Part shown: one piece after another, positions 39,226 through 49,507 of the stretch | How the letters are laid out: every line of letters starts with the position of its first letter | Numbering within the stretch: the first letter of the stretch is position 1 | Source of the DNA: Halobacteriales archaeon | GTDB taxonomy: Archaea; Halobacteriota; Halobacteria; Halobacteriales; SKSH01 | Reading direction: 5' to 3' | DNA length: 64,000 bases | NCBI GenBank assembly: GCA_046543335.1 | Contig: JBKGZP010000001.1 | Span: 12,234-76,233 of the forward strand | The notes under the pieces: generated by a model | What the model was told of the DNA's origin: nothing | What the model saw: the letters and a program-made list of their open reading frames with translations, nothing else | The model's database searches: none | Made by a program: the position numbers and the translations under genes

Positions 39226-39984
39226 ATGGCGAACGAGATGCATCCGGCGACCTTCGAGCAGCTCGGTGACCTCGAGGCGGAGTCCCCCACCCTCATCGAG
39301 GGCTTCCCAGGGCACGGCCTGGTGGCGGCGATCGCCGTCGACCAGGTCACCAACCAGCTCGGCCTCGAGCACTTCGGCAACATCTACTCCGACGACTTCC
39401 CCCCGGTGGTGACCTTCACCGATGGCCTGGTGCAGGACCTGGTCCGCGTCTACGCCGGCGAGAACCCGCCCGTGATGACGCTGAAAAGCGACCTCGCGCT
39501 CCCCCCGCAGTCGTTCGAACCCCTGAGCCAGTGCGTCCTCGGCGACCTGGCGACCGAGTTCGACCGGGCGGTCTTCCTCGCCGGCGCGGCCGCCGAGAGC
39601 GAGGAGCAAATCGGCGAGATCATCGGGGTGGCGACCGACCCGGCGGTCAAGGCTGACCTTGTGGATGCCGGCATCGAGCTCGGGGACGACCCAGGGCTCG
39701 TTGGCGGCGTCACGGGCGCCCTCGTGCGCGAGTGCTACCACGCCGGCATCCCGGCGGCACTGCTCGTCGTGCGCGCGCACCCGTTCCTGCCCGATCCGGA
39801 GGCCGCCCGATCGGTCATCGAGAACGCCCTGGAGCCGCTCGTCGACTTCGACATCGACACGGGCGAGCTCAAGGAGCAAGCCGAGGAAATCCGCAAACAG
39901 ATGCAACAGATCGCGGAGCACTACCAGCAGATGGCCGCGGAGCAGGAACCGCCCCAGCCGGCCGCGGCGAGCATGTTCCAGTAG
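39226..39984 (+). CDS. PAC2 / proteasome assembly chaperone family protein
   Basis: EGFPGHGLVA.IA, G..GAL, PDP.AA, L.EQAEEI. Confidence 0.88.
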   Translation: MANEMHPATFEQLGDLEAESPTLIEGFPGHGLVAAIAVDQVTNQLGLEHFGNIYSDDFPPVVTFTDGLVQDLVRVYAGENPPVMTLKSDLALPPQSFEPLSQCVLGDLATEFDRAVFLAGAAAESEEQIGEIIGVATDPAVKADLVDAGIELGDDPGLVGGVTGALVRECYHAGIPAALLVVRAHPFLPDPEAARSVIENALEPLVDFDIDTGELKEQAEEIRKQMQQIAEHYQQMAAEQEPPQPAAASMFQ

Positions 39985-39991
39985 CCGGTCG

Positions 39992-40531
39992 TCAGTGGTA
40001 CGCCTTCTCGCCCGCCTCGATCGCCACCTCGAGCCAGTTCTCAATCGGCGGCAGGGGGCACTCGTAGTGGTCGGAGTACGCGCACGTCGGGTTGTACGCC
40101 TCGTTGAAGTCGAGGATCCAGCGACCGTCGCCGAGGCGGTGGCGGTCCGCCTCGAGGTCGATGTACCGGCCGGCGCCGTACGTCTCCTCGCCGCTGGTCG
40201 CGTCCCGGAATGGCACCCACAGGCGGTCGTCGTCCGGGTCGGCCTTGTACGCCTGGAGGCCGACCATCTCGCCGTCGACCTCGAAGCGGAACTCGCCCCA
40301 GCGACGGTACGCCTGCTCGCCGCCGGTGCTCGTCCCGACGGTCACGGTCTCGGGCTCGTCGTGTTCGTGCAGCGACAGCTCGAAGCGGAGGTCGGGATCG
40401 ATGGGGAAGTACCGCAGCCCGTCGAACGCCTCGCGCTCGGCTGGCGGAATCGGCGAGTGCGGGTGCGATTTGAAGTACTCGTCCTTGTGCTCGCGCTGGT
40501 GGCGAAGCGCGTCCTGCCAGTCGGTGGCCAT
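39992..40531 (-). CDS. DUF1684 family protein
   Basis: PF.DATSG.ETYGAGRY, LDFN.AYNP.CAY...Y.CPLPP.EN.L. Confidence 0.9.
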   Translation of the reverse strand: MATDWQDALRHQREHKDEYFKSHPHSPIPPAEREAFDGLRYFPIDPDLRFELSLHEHDEPETVTVGTSTGGEQAYRRWGEFRFEVDGEMVGLQAYKADPDDDRLWVPFRDATSGEETYGAGRYIDLEADRHRLGDGRWILDFNEAYNPTCAYSDHYECPLPPIENWLEVAIEAGEKAYH

Positions 40532-40538
40532 GGCTGGA

Positions 40539-41249
40539 CTACGCGGTCGAGGCGTTCGACCCTTGCGGTCCCGGGACGACCGCCTCGGTGCGCTTGACGA
40601 CCAGCACCAGGAGGACGGCGACGACGATCAGGCCGATCGTGGCGGCCGTGTACGAGGTACCGATCCCGAGGCTCGCCGCGAACCCGAGCGCGGACGCCCC
40701 CGCGGCGAGGGCCGAGGCGAGACATCCCACGCAGGTCGCGACCCCCAACAGGCCCCCCAGTGCCGATCGGGGGGCGTTCGTCGACGCCCGCGCCAGGAGG
40801 TAGCCCAGTCCGAGGTAGCCCACCACCTGAAACGGCACGATCGAGAGGTGCACGCCCGCGAGCTCGACCACGACGAGCGGCCCCCAGCCGGGCACGGCCG
40901 GGACGACGGTGACGCCCACCGCGTCGCCGCCCAGGCGGAGCAGGCCGCTCAGCGCCGCCAGGGCGCCGGCGTAGCCGACGCCCAGCGCGATCGCCCACGG
41001 CGCCAGGCGGTCACGGGGCGTACCGACGCTCGAGACGGCTATCGCCACGGTGACGAGCCAGAACAGGGGGTGCGCGAGGCGCGTCGGGTCCACCACGTCG
41101 GGCTGGCGTACGCCGAGGTCGAGCAGGACGACCGCGAGGTAGCCGACCCCGACGAGCGCCCCCGCGAGGACGGCTCGCTTGAACCGTCGAAGCTCGACCT
41201 CGAACCGGGTCGATCTCGCACCGGCCGACGTCGTTACCTCGGCGCTCAT
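40539..41249 (-). CDS. Membrane protein at the end of the cba cluster (CxxC)
   Basis: Multi-TM, PGWGP and CVGC motifs; overlaps the upstream stop. Confidence 0.75.
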   Translation of the reverse strand: MSAEVTTSAGARSTRFEVELRRFKRAVLAGALVGVGYLAVVLLDLGVRQPDVVDPTRLAHPLFWLVTVAIAVSSVGTPRDRLAPWAIALGVGYAGALAALSGLLRLGGDAVGVTVVPAVPGWGPLVVVELAGVHLSIVPFQVVGYLGLGYLLARASTNAPRSALGGLLGVATCVGCLASALAAGASALGFAASLGIGTSYTAATIGLIVVAVLLVLVVKRTEAVVPGPQGSNASTA

Positions 41250-41461
41250 GGCGTCCCGGTGCCGGGGCTCGTCTCGAGTCGACCCGTCATGACCGCGCCC
41301 ACGTACACCCCGACGAGCACCACCACGACGACCAGCAGGTACGGGATGAGGGGCACGCTGATGCCGACGAACTCGGCCAGCGTCCGGAGCTCGTAGAGGA
41401 CGATTCCGACGATCGCCAGGCCGACCAGGAGTCCGCCGCGGGTGAAGGTGTCGTCGGTCAC
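41246..41461 (-). CDS. Small ba3-oxidase-associated subunit (CbaC-like)
   Basis: GTGA overlap with cbaA; ELRT motif, 2 TM. Confidence 0.7.
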   Translation of the reverse strand: MTDDTFTRGGLLVGLAIVGIVLYELRTLAEFVGISVPLIPYLLVVVVVLVGVYVGAVMTGRLETSPGTGTP

Positions 41462-43197
41462 ACCACCACCCCCGAGGCGAGCCACCCGAGCGCGGTCACG
41501 ATGAGGTCGATGGCGACGGGCACCGGGTTCCCGCCGGGGCCGAGCAGGCCGCTTCGTGCGACGATCGCCGCCACCGGCAACGCGTACGCGAGCAGGACGA
41601 GCACGACGGCGATCGCGGTCCACAGCCGGAGGTTGTCGAGGACGGCCGGGCCGTCGTCGGGTCCCGACAGTGCGGGCGGGAGGTCGGCCCCGTGGCCGAT
41701 CGATCGCGGGCGCCACATCGTCACGACGATGTTCGCTATGAACAGCGACGCCGAGAGGAACAACAGCGTGCCACCGACGGCGATCTGCAGGTTGAGCTCC
41801 GCGAAGCCGCCGAAGGCCGTGTCGTACGCGAAGCCCGCGTACTCGGGCTCGGCGGTGCGCCGGGGCACCCCCAGCAGGCCCTGGGCGTGCATGGCGTTCG
41901 ACATGAGACCCATCCCGACGAACCACATCACGACCTGCAACAACCCGACCTGCTGGCTCCAGATGGGCTGGTTGGTGATCTGCGGCCACAGCCAGTAGGT
42001 GGCGGCCATGAACGTCAGCGCGACCGCCGTCCCCACGGTGAGGTGGAAGTGGCCGGGCACCCACACGGTGTTGTGGATCAGGTAGTTGAGGTTCATTCCG
42101 GCGTTGACCATCCCCGAGAACCCGCCGGCGGCGAACATGAGCCCCGCGAGCGCCATCCCCGTGAACGCCGGGTCGCGCCACGGCAGGTGGCGAAGCCAGC
42201 CGAACAGCCCGGTCCCACCCCGGCGCCTGGCGCCGTACTCGATGCTCGCGACGACCGTGAAGGCGGTCAGGAGGCTCGGCAGCAACAGGAACATCGTGTT
42301 CGTCATGGCGATGACCTTGAAGCCCTCGGCGATCCCGGGATCGACGTACTGGTGGTGGATACCGACCGGCGTCGACAACAGCAAGAACAGCACGAAGACG
42401 ACCCGGGCGAGGGGATCGCTGAACAGCCGACCACCGGCGAGCTTCGGCATGACGGTGTACCAGAGCAGGTACGCCGGCATCAGCCAGAAGTAGACCACCG
42501 GGTGGCCGAAGAACCAAAACAGCGTCCGCGTCAGGAGGTTGTTGACGTGGTCGAGCACACCCACCGACCACGGCAGGAGGAACACGAGCACCGAGATGGC
42601 GATCGCCGACGTGGCGATGTACCACATCAGCATCGTCGTCAGCACCATGAACGTCTGCAGCGGGATGCGCTCGCCGGGGTTGTCCCGGCGCCATGCGACG
42701 TAGCTGCGGAAGTAATCGACACCCGCCATCCAGGAGCCGACGAGGAAGACCGCGAGACCGGTGTAGAACAGCGGGTGCGCCTGCAGCGGCGCGTAGAAGG
42801 TGAACAGCACGTCAGCGCTCATGTCGACGAGGTCGGTGAACCCCGCGAGGATCGAGATGCCGGTCATCGTGATGCCGAGTGACATCAGGACGTACCAGGT
42901 CCAGGTGAACCGGATGTCCACGACGGGCCGGTCGAGGCTGCGCGTGACCGCCCAGAGGAACAGGCCAACGAGGAAGAAGATGGTGAAGCTGATGACGAGG
43001 AAGACCCCGTGGGCCGTCAGGACGGTGTAGTAGTCCGCGGAGTCGATGATGCGCAACACGTCCGTGCGGTGGAGGGTCTGCACGATGCCGAAGAAGGCCC
43101 CCAGCGCGAGCGCGAGGAACGACCCAACGAGTGAGGCTCGCACCACCCTGGCCTCCTCGGGGAAGCGGTCGTAGAAGGAGCGCTCCGCCGCGCTCAT
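41458..43197 (-). CDS. cbaA: ba3-type heme-copper oxidase subunit I
   Basis: TAHG, WFFGHPVVYFW, GIHHQY, GHFH, G.PRR. Confidence 0.95.
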   Translation of the reverse strand: MSAAERSFYDRFPEEARVVRASLVGSFLALALGAFFGIVQTLHRTDVLRIIDSADYYTVLTAHGVFLVISFTIFFLVGLFLWAVTRSLDRPVVDIRFTWTWYVLMSLGITMTGISILAGFTDLVDMSADVLFTFYAPLQAHPLFYTGLAVFLVGSWMAGVDYFRSYVAWRRDNPGERIPLQTFMVLTTMLMWYIATSAIAISVLVFLLPWSVGVLDHVNNLLTRTLFWFFGHPVVYFWLMPAYLLWYTVMPKLAGGRLFSDPLARVVFVLFLLLSTPVGIHHQYVDPGIAEGFKVIAMTNTMFLLLPSLLTAFTVVASIEYGARRRGGTGLFGWLRHLPWRDPAFTGMALAGLMFAAGGFSGMVNAGMNLNYLIHNTVWVPGHFHLTVGTAVALTFMAATYWLWPQITNQPIWSQQVGLLQVVMWFVGMGLMSNAMHAQGLLGVPRRTAEPEYAGFAYDTAFGGFAELNLQIAVGGTLLFLSASLFIANIVVTMWRPRSIGHGADLPPALSGPDDGPAVLDNLRLWTAIAVVLVLLAYALPVAAIVARSGLLGPGGNPVPVAIDLIVTALGWLASGVVV

Positions 43198-43697
43198 TCG
43201 TCGTCACCCCCGTCGAACTCATCCGGCTGGACGACCTCGAGGGTGCCCTCCATGTCGTGGTGCCCCGCGCCGCAGTACTCGTTGCAGATGATGCCGTAGG
43301 TCCCCGGCTCGTCGACCTCGACGGTGATCCGGCTGACCTCGCCGGGGACGACCATCACGTTCGCGTTCGTCCCGACGACCTCGAAGCCGTGGATCACGTC
43401 CCCGGAGGTCACCTCGAAGGTGACGGTGCTGTCCGCGGGGACGACGATCGGGTCGGGCTGGAAGATGAACTGGCGGGCGACGACGTAGGCCTCGTACTCG
43501 TCGGGGCCGACCTGCTCGACGCGCGGGTCGGCGAAGCGCTCGTCCTCGTCGAGCGCGTCCGGGTTGAGGGGGTCGTCGGCCTCCGCGATCATCGCGATGC
43601 CCGGCCCGAGTGCCCCGTAGGTGACCGTCCCGATGAGCAACAGGATCAACACCAGGGCCATGCCGAGCCAGAGCTTCTCGTACGCGTGGACGTGCAT
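43194..43697 (-). CDS. cbaB: ba3-type oxidase subunit II (CuA)
   Basis: H.YEK.W, DVIHGF, CNEYCGAGHHDM. Confidence 0.95.
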   Translation of the reverse strand: MHVHAYEKLWLGMALVLILLLIGTVTYGALGPGIAMIAEADDPLNPDALDEDERFADPRVEQVGPDEYEAYVVARQFIFQPDPIVVPADSTVTFEVTSGDVIHGFEVVGTNANVMVVPGEVSRITVEVDEPGTYGIICNEYCGAGHHDMEGTLEVVQPDEFDGGDDE

Positions 43698-43699
43698 GG

Positions 43700-43876
43700 T
43701 CACCCGATGACCGTCAGGTCGTTGCCCAGGAACTCGACGAAGTAGAGGTACACCCACGATCCGAGCAGGATGACGAAGTACAGGGCGATCAGCGCGAGCG
43801 TCCCCCGCGGGCTGAACTCATCATCGATTGGTTCGGTTGTTGACACGCCCTCGGCGACGGGTTCACCCTCGACCAT
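43700..43876 (-). CDS. ba3-type oxidase small subunit (IIa/CbaD-like)
   Basis: P.GTL.LI..YF......W...YF.EF single TM; first gene of the cluster. Confidence 0.8.
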   Translation of the reverse strand: MVEGEPVAEGVSTTEPIDDEFSPRGTLALIALYFVILLGSWVYLYFVEFLGNDLTVIG

Positions 43877-43975
43877 GTTCGGGTGTTTTTGCTCCCTTGA
43901 GTTAATGCTAGCCCGGCTCCCGGGCGGTGGGAGCGGCAACAGACTTTATACGACGAGTCCCGAATCGCCGACCAC

Positions 43976-44158
43976 ATGGTCCTCGCCCCGGAGCGGGTGG
44001 TGCTGCTGGCCCTGCTGGGCCTGGTGCCGCCCGTACTGTACTGGCTCGACCGCGGCGACCCCGCGATCCTCATCGCGGCCGTGAACGTCGTGCTCATCAC
44101 GGCGAGCCTCGTGTACTCGATGGGCGGCGCCGAGCGATCGGCCTCCGTCGCCGCGTGA
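43976..44158 (+). CDS. Small 2-TM protein, probably ba3-oxidase-associated
   Basis: 60 aa with NV..I.ASL motif; TTTATA box about 26 nt upstream. Confidence 0.7.
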   Translation: MVLAPERVVLLALLGLVPPVLYWLDRGDPAILIAAVNVVLITASLVYSMGGAERSASVAA

Positions 44159-44178
44159 GGCGGTGATCGTCTCCCGCG

Positions 44179-46515
44179 ATGACGCCGTGCGCCTTCTGCG
44201 GGTCGCGCCCGACCGTCGACGGTTCGGCATACTGCAGCGACGGCTGCGCCCGTCTGGCCGACGACCTCGGTGCAATGGCACCGTCTTCCGGGGCGGCCGC
44301 GTCGGCATCCGAGACCACCGCCCCCGAGGCCGAGACGGCGTACCTCCACGTCGACGGGATGCACTGCGCGACCTGCGAGCGCTTCCTCGAACGGACCGCC
44401 GAGGAGTTACCGGGGGTCGTCGAGTCGCGCGCGAGCTACGCCACTGACACCATCCGGGTGGACTACGACCCCGGCCGCCTCGACGGCGACGTCCTCCCCA
44501 CACGCCTCTCGACGGCCGGCTACGAGGCGCGGCTGAAGGGGGAGGACCCGCCCGCCTCGGACGGGTCCGACCTCGTGCGGTTCCTCGTCGGCGGGGGGTT
44601 CTTCGGCATGATGACGATGCTCTGGTACGTCCTCTTCCTCTACCCGACGTACTTCGGTTACGAGCCGCTGGTCGACCTCGGCGGGGTCGACGGTCGCTAC
44701 CTCTTCGCCCAAATCTGGCTGTTCGCCTCGGTCGTGCTGTTTTACACCGGCTTTCCGATCCTCCGGGGGGCGTACGTCAGCCTCCGGGCCGGTCAGCCGA
44801 ACATGGACCTCCTCGTCGGGCTCGCGGCCTCGAGCGCGTACGCCTACTCCACGCTGGCGATGCTCGTCGGTCGCACGGACCTCTACTTCGACGTGACCGT
44901 GGCGATCGTCCTCGTCGTCACGGCGGGCGCGCACTACGAGACCCGGGTAAAGCGCCGGTCGATCGGGCTCGTCTCGACGCTGACGGCCAACCGCGTGACG
45001 ACCGCCCGTCTCGCCGACGGGTCGACCGTCGACGTCGAGGCGGTCGAGCCCGGCGACCGCCTCGCGGTCCGCCCCGGCGAGCGGATCCCGCTCGACGGAA
45101 CCGTCACCGAGGGGACCGCCGCCGTCGACGAGTCGCTGCTGACCGGCGAGTCGCTGCCGGTGACGAAGCGACCGGGTGACGAGGTCCGCGGCGGCACCCT
45201 CGTGACGGACAACCCGATCGTCGTCGAGGCGGACGCGGACCTGACGAGTACGCTCGACCGCATCGTCGAACTCCTGTGGGACGTCCAGAGCTCGGAGTCG
45301 GCCATCCAGCGCCTCGTCGACCGCGTCGCGGCGGTGTTCGTCCCGGCGGTCATCGCGCTCGCGGTCGTCGTCGGCGTCGGCCAGTTCGCCCTCGGGGCCT
45401 CGCCGACGCACGCGGCGCTGATCGCGTTGACGGTGCTCATCGTCACCTGCCCGTGCGCTCTCGGGCTGGCGACCCCCCTCGCCGTCGCCAGCGGCGTCCG
45501 CGACGCGGCGCGCCGCGGGATCGTCGTCACCTCCAACGCCGTCTTCGAGCACGGCTCCGCGATCCGGACCATCGTCTTCGACAAGACGGGGACGCTCACC
45601 GACGGGGCGATGGAGGTCGTCGACGTCGAGGTCGCGGATGGCGTCGCCCCGGAACGACTCATCGAACGCGCCGCCACCCTCGAGCGTGCCACCACCCACC
45701 CGGTCGCCGAGGCCATCGTGGCGGCGGACCCGGGGGCGGCCGACGGCGGGGCCGTCAGCGGTGGGGCACCCGCCGACGTCGAGGTGCTCGACCGCGGCGT
45801 CCGGGCGGTCGACGGCGACGCGCAGGTCGGCCACCCCGACCTGTTCGAGTCCCCCGCCTGGTCGATGTCCGGCGGGGTTCGCGACGCGGTCGACGGGGCT
45901 CGCGCCGCGGGGTGGGTACCCGTCGTCGTCGGCTGGGCGGGCGCCGTCCGCGGCGTCATCGCCGTCGGGGACCGCCCGCGAGAGGGGTGGGCCGACGTCG
46001 TCGATCGGGTGGCCGACGAGGCCGACCGCATCGTCGTGCTCACGGGCGACGACCCGCGGGCCGCCCGTCGCTACGAGGCCCACCCGGCGGTCGACGCCGT
46101 CTACGCCGAGGTCGCCCCCGCCGCGAAGACCGAGGCGGTGCGTCGGTTCGCGGCGCGCGAGCGCACGGCCATGGTCGGCGACGGAAGCAACGACGCGCCC
46201 GCGCTGGCGGCGGCGGACCTGGGGATCGCCCTGGCCGGTGGGACCGAGCTGGCCGCCGACGCGGCCGACGCCGTGCTCGTCGGCGACCGCCTCGACCGGG
46301 TGCCCGACCTGTTCGCCATCACCGCGGGGACGAACCGCCGCATCAAGCAGAACCTCGGGTGGGCGTTTTGCTACAACGCGGTGGCGATCCCGCTCGCCGT
46401 GACGGGGGTGATCAACCCGCTGTTCGCCGCCGTCGCGATGGCCTCGAGCAGCCTGCTCGTGGTGGGCAACTCGCTCCGGCCGGTGTGGTCCGGCGCGGAC
46501 GACCCCGAGTCCTGA
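44179..46515 (+). CDS. P1B heavy-metal (Cu) ATPase
   Basis: N-terminal CAFC..YCSDGC, HMA GMHCATC, TGES, CPC, DKTGT, HP, GDG.ND, YN, M..SS. Confidence 0.93.
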   Translation: MTPCAFCGSRPTVDGSAYCSDGCARLADDLGAMAPSSGAAASASETTAPEAETAYLHVDGMHCATCERFLERTAEELPGVVESRASYATDTIRVDYDPGRLDGDVLPTRLSTAGYEARLKGEDPPASDGSDLVRFLVGGGFFGMMTMLWYVLFLYPTYFGYEPLVDLGGVDGRYLFAQIWLFASVVLFYTGFPILRGAYVSLRAGQPNMDLLVGLAASSAYAYSTLAMLVGRTDLYFDVTVAIVLVVTAGAHYETRVKRRSIGLVSTLTANRVTTARLADGSTVDVEAVEPGDRLAVRPGERIPLDGTVTEGTAAVDESLLTGESLPVTKRPGDEVRGGTLVTDNPIVVEADADLTSTLDRIVELLWDVQSSESAIQRLVDRVAAVFVPAVIALAVVVGVGQFALGASPTHAALIALTVLIVTCPCALGLATPLAVASGVRDAARRGIVVTSNAVFEHGSAIRTIVFDKTGTLTDGAMEVVDVEVADGVAPERLIERAATLERATTHPVAEAIVAADPGAADGGAVSGGAPADVEVLDRGVRAVDGDAQVGHPDLFESPAWSMSGGVRDAVDGARAAGWVPVVVGWAGAVRGVIAVGDRPREGWADVVDRVADEADRIVVLTGDDPRAARRYEAHPAVDAVYAEVAPAAKTEAVRRFAARERTAMVGDGSNDAPALAAADLGIALAGGTELAADAADAVLVGDRLDRVPDLFAITAGTNRRIKQNLGWAFCYNAVAIPLAVTGVINPLFAAVAMASSSLLVVGNSLRPVWSGADDPES

Positions 46516-46529
46516 CCTACGGTACCGCG

Positions 46530-47229
46530 ACGAGCCCCTCGGTGGCGTTCGCGTGCACTCTCGTCCGGCGAGCGCGTGACGCTCCACCGGGCGAATCCCG
46601 GCGGCTCGGCGCCGTGGTCGACGGCGACCGTCGAGGTGCGATGGCGAGAGTCGGCGGTTCGGAGGTAGGGCAGCGTCCAGTAGCCGTGGAGGTGGCCCCC
46701 GTCGTCGGTCGGTTCGACGCGGGCCCATCGGATGCCGACCGAGCGCGACCCCGCGCCGGTCAGGACGTCCGCCAGGGCCCGCTCGGAGCACTCGACGTCC
46801 AGGAGCGCCTCGCGCACCTCGTCGTCGATGGACGGGTGGTCGTCGAGCAACCCCCGGACCGCCGCTCGGTCGTTCATCAGCCAGACGTCGAACGCCGACG
46901 TGGGGGTCTCGTTGGACGGGGTGGTCACCAGGGGGAACGCCCTCGACCGTCTCGATCGGGCAGGGGGGCGCGTCGGGCATCGCGTCGCCGGGGGAGTGGT
47001 CGTCCCACGAGTCGATCCGATCGTCGTGGGCGGCATCGTCGCCGACCACGGGCCGGTCGTTCGGGTGTGGCGACCCGTCGACACGGGAGTCCTCCTCGGA
47101 TGGCTCGACCGTCGGCGGGGTCGCCGGGCGACGGTGATCGATCCGACGCGCCCCGATCGTGACGCAGCCGGCGCGCACGCCGGTCGTCGATGCGGCCGCC
47201 ACCGCGAGGACCGATCGACGGGAGGGCAT
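46530..47229 (-). pseudogene. Frameshifted Tat-lipoprotein gene
   Basis: MPSRRSVL...AGC in one frame, continuing as PLVTTPSNETPTSAFDVWL...W.RVE..DDG.HLHGY in another; shift at the G5 run 46931-46935; no stop before the ATPase gene. Confidence 0.6.
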
Positions 47230-47298
47230 GGGCGAGACCTCCACGCTCGCCGCTGTAGGCCTCCGATTGGCTTCGATCGCCGTTTCACCGTCGCCACC

Positions 47299-48096
47299 CT
47301 ACACGAACGACAGCGGCACCATGACGAGCACGCCCACGAGGAACCCGACGACGAGCTCCCGCCTGCCACCGCCGGGGAGCTCGGCACCGGTGTCGAGCGC
47401 CTCGGGGATGAACTCCACGAGCACCAGGAAGATCATTGCCCCCGCGGCGAAGCCGAAGCCGTAGGGGAGGAACTCGCGAGCGATGCGGACGAAGGCGAAG
47501 GCGATCACGGCCCCGATCGGCTGCGGCAGGCTCGAGAAGACGGCCCACCAGACCATCCGCCACTCCGAGACGCCCATCGCCCGAAGCGGGATGGAGATGG
47601 CCGTCCCCTCGGGGATGTTGTGGATGGAGATGGCGACGGTCATGAAGATGGCCAGCACCGGGACGGTGAACCCGAGGAACATCGGTCCCGTCCCGAGGTT
47701 CAGGTCGGCGAAGGAGACGCCGACGGCGACGCCCTCGGGGAAGCTGTGCACGGTCAGGATCCCCAGGATCAACACGAGGTTCTTGAAGTCGGCCTCCGTG
47801 TACTGCCGGGGGTCGAGGTCCGCCCCCGAGATGACGACGCGCGCGACGACGACGAGCGCCACGCCAACGGCGCCCCCCACGCCGACCTCGACGATCGTCC
47901 CCTCGGCGAGGCCCTCGTCGACGAGGCCGAAGACCGAGGCCGAGACCATGATGCCGCCGGCCAGGCCCCACAGCAGGACGTTCCACCGGTCGCGGATGTC
48001 GTCGAGGAAGAAGAACGGGAGGGCCCCGAGCCCGGTCGCCAGGGCGGTGACGAACCCCGCGGTGAACACCAGGGTCAGGTTCGCGAGCAGCTCCAT
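47299..48096 (-). CDS. ZIP (GufA-type) divalent metal transporter
   Basis: HSFPEG.A.G, IHNIPEG, FAAGAM, E.IPE. Confidence 0.92.
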   Translation of the reverse strand: MELLANLTLVFTAGFVTALATGLGALPFFFLDDIRDRWNVLLWGLAGGIMVSASVFGLVDEGLAEGTIVEVGVGGAVGVALVVVARVVISGADLDPRQYTEADFKNLVLILGILTVHSFPEGVAVGVSFADLNLGTGPMFLGFTVPVLAIFMTVAISIHNIPEGTAISIPLRAMGVSEWRMVWWAVFSSLPQPIGAVIAFAFVRIAREFLPYGFGFAAGAMIFLVLVEFIPEALDTGAELPGGGRRELVVGFLVGVLVMVPLSFV

Positions 48097-48160
48097 CGAC
48101 GATGTGGTCCCTCGGCGGTGGTACCCGGTCGCGCTACCTACGCGTTCCGGTTGCCGGGGC

Positions 48161-48595
48161 TCACGCCGGCGCCTCGGTCGTGCGAACCGTCAGGACCGGC
48201 ACATCGGCCAGACGGACGATCTTCTCGGTGACGCTGCCGAGGAGGTACCGGTCGAGCCCCGTCCGACCGTGGGTCCCCATCACGATCATGTCGACGTCGC
48301 GCTCGTCGGCGAACTCGAGGATCGCCCGATGCGGGGTGCCCTGCAACACCGTGCCCCGGACGTCGTCCAGCCCGGCCGAGCGGGCACGCTCGACGGCGTC
48401 GGCGATGGCCCGATCGGCGGCGTCCTCGAGGGACGCGTAGATGTCGACGACGCCCGCCTCGGTCCCGACGCCCGTGTCCACGACCGAGACCACCTCGAGC
48501 CGGGCACCGTAGGCCTCGGCCAGGTCGACGGCGTGGTCGAGCGCCAAATCGCCGGGACCGCTCCCGTCGGTCGGGAACAGGATGACCTCGTACAT
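48161..48595 (-). CDS. Universal stress protein
   Basis: IL.PTDGS, MGTHGRTG..R.LLGSVTE. Confidence 0.92.
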   Translation of the reverse strand: MYEVILFPTDGSGPGDLALDHAVDLAEAYGARLEVVSVVDTGVGTEAGVVDIYASLEDAADRAIADAVERARSAGLDDVRGTVLQGTPHRAILEFADERDVDMIVMGTHGRTGLDRYLLGSVTEKIVRLADVPVLTVRTTEAPA

Positions 48596-48705
48596 GGCGA
48601 GACGTGGGCACCGCGACGCCATAGGTCTGTGCCATGCCCCTCCCGGTTTTCACGAACTGGGAATCGCTTCGACCCTTCTTGAGCGGGATCCGCGTATCGT
48701 TTCGT

Positions 48706-48948
48706 ATGGCACTGGCACAACGACGGGTTCCGATCAACGTCGACGACCTGCTGGAGGCGATCGGTGGCACCCTCGGCCTCGTGGCGATCGCCCTGGCCGT
48801 GCTCATCCTCGGCTACACGCTGACGGAGACGGCCGGCGCGGACGTCTCTCCGATCCTGCTGTCGACCGCCCTGTTCGCCTTGCTCGTGCTCGTCAGCCTC
48901 CGTCTGGCGAGTCGATTCATCCCGCAGCCGAGCTGGACGACCCGGTGA
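48706..48948 (+). CDS. Small 2-TM membrane protein
   Basis: 80 aa, two hydrophobic helices, typical codon usage. Confidence 0.65.
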   Translation: MALAQRRVPINVDDLLEAIGGTLGLVAIALAVLILGYTLTETAGADVSPILLSTALFALLVLVSLRLASRFIPQPSWTTR

Positions 48949-49081
48949 GGACTCCCGCCACCGGGGACTCATGAGGGGCGCGTGACGACGGCGAGTGAAT
49001 CGGTCCGGTTGCCGACGCGCTCGTGCCGAGTTCCCGGGAACCGACGCCGCGTTCTTGTGGTCGGCGTTCGTAGCGGAGGTC

Positions 49082-49501
49082 ATGTACGAGACAATCCTGA
49101 TCGCCTTCGACGGGAGCGAACCCTCACGACGGGCGCTCGAGCACGCCTTCCTCGAGGCGTCGGGGCACGACGCGACCCTCCACGCCGTCTACGTCGTCGA
49201 CACCCATCGGTACGCCGAACCGGCGCTCAGTGCGAGCGAGCTCAGGACCGACGCGATCGAGGAGTGGGCCAAGTCGGAGCTCGAGGCGATCGAGGCCGAG
49301 GGGGCCGACCGCGGGGTGGCGGTCGAGACCGCCTGTCGCCACGGGACGCCGCATCAGACCATCGTCGCCTACGCCGACGATATCGACGCCGACCTCGTCG
49401 TGCTCGGCTACCAGGGTCACGGCCACCGCCGACACGGTCGGATGGGCAGCGTGACCGATCGCGTCATCCAGCAGCTGACGCGGCCGGCCCTCGTGGTCTG
49501 A
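49082..49501 (+). CDS. Universal stress protein
   Basis: ILIAFDGS, VLG..G, MGSVT.RV. Confidence 0.9.
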   Translation: MYETILIAFDGSEPSRRALEHAFLEASGHDATLHAVYVVDTHRYAEPALSASELRTDAIEEWAKSELEAIEAEGADRGVAVETACRHGTPHQTIVAYADDIDADLVVLGYQGHGHRRHGRMGSVTDRVIQQLTRPALVV

Positions 49502-49507
49502 GCGGGT

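Noticed and set aside
44407..47244. 945-aa minus-strand ORF and similar long ORFs (36764..38836, 56968..59721, 62668..63987, 321..1661)
   Set aside because: Antisense or off-frame shadows of motif-bearing genes, expected in high-GC DNA. Only the first ~100 codons of 44407..47244 belong to the pseudogene.
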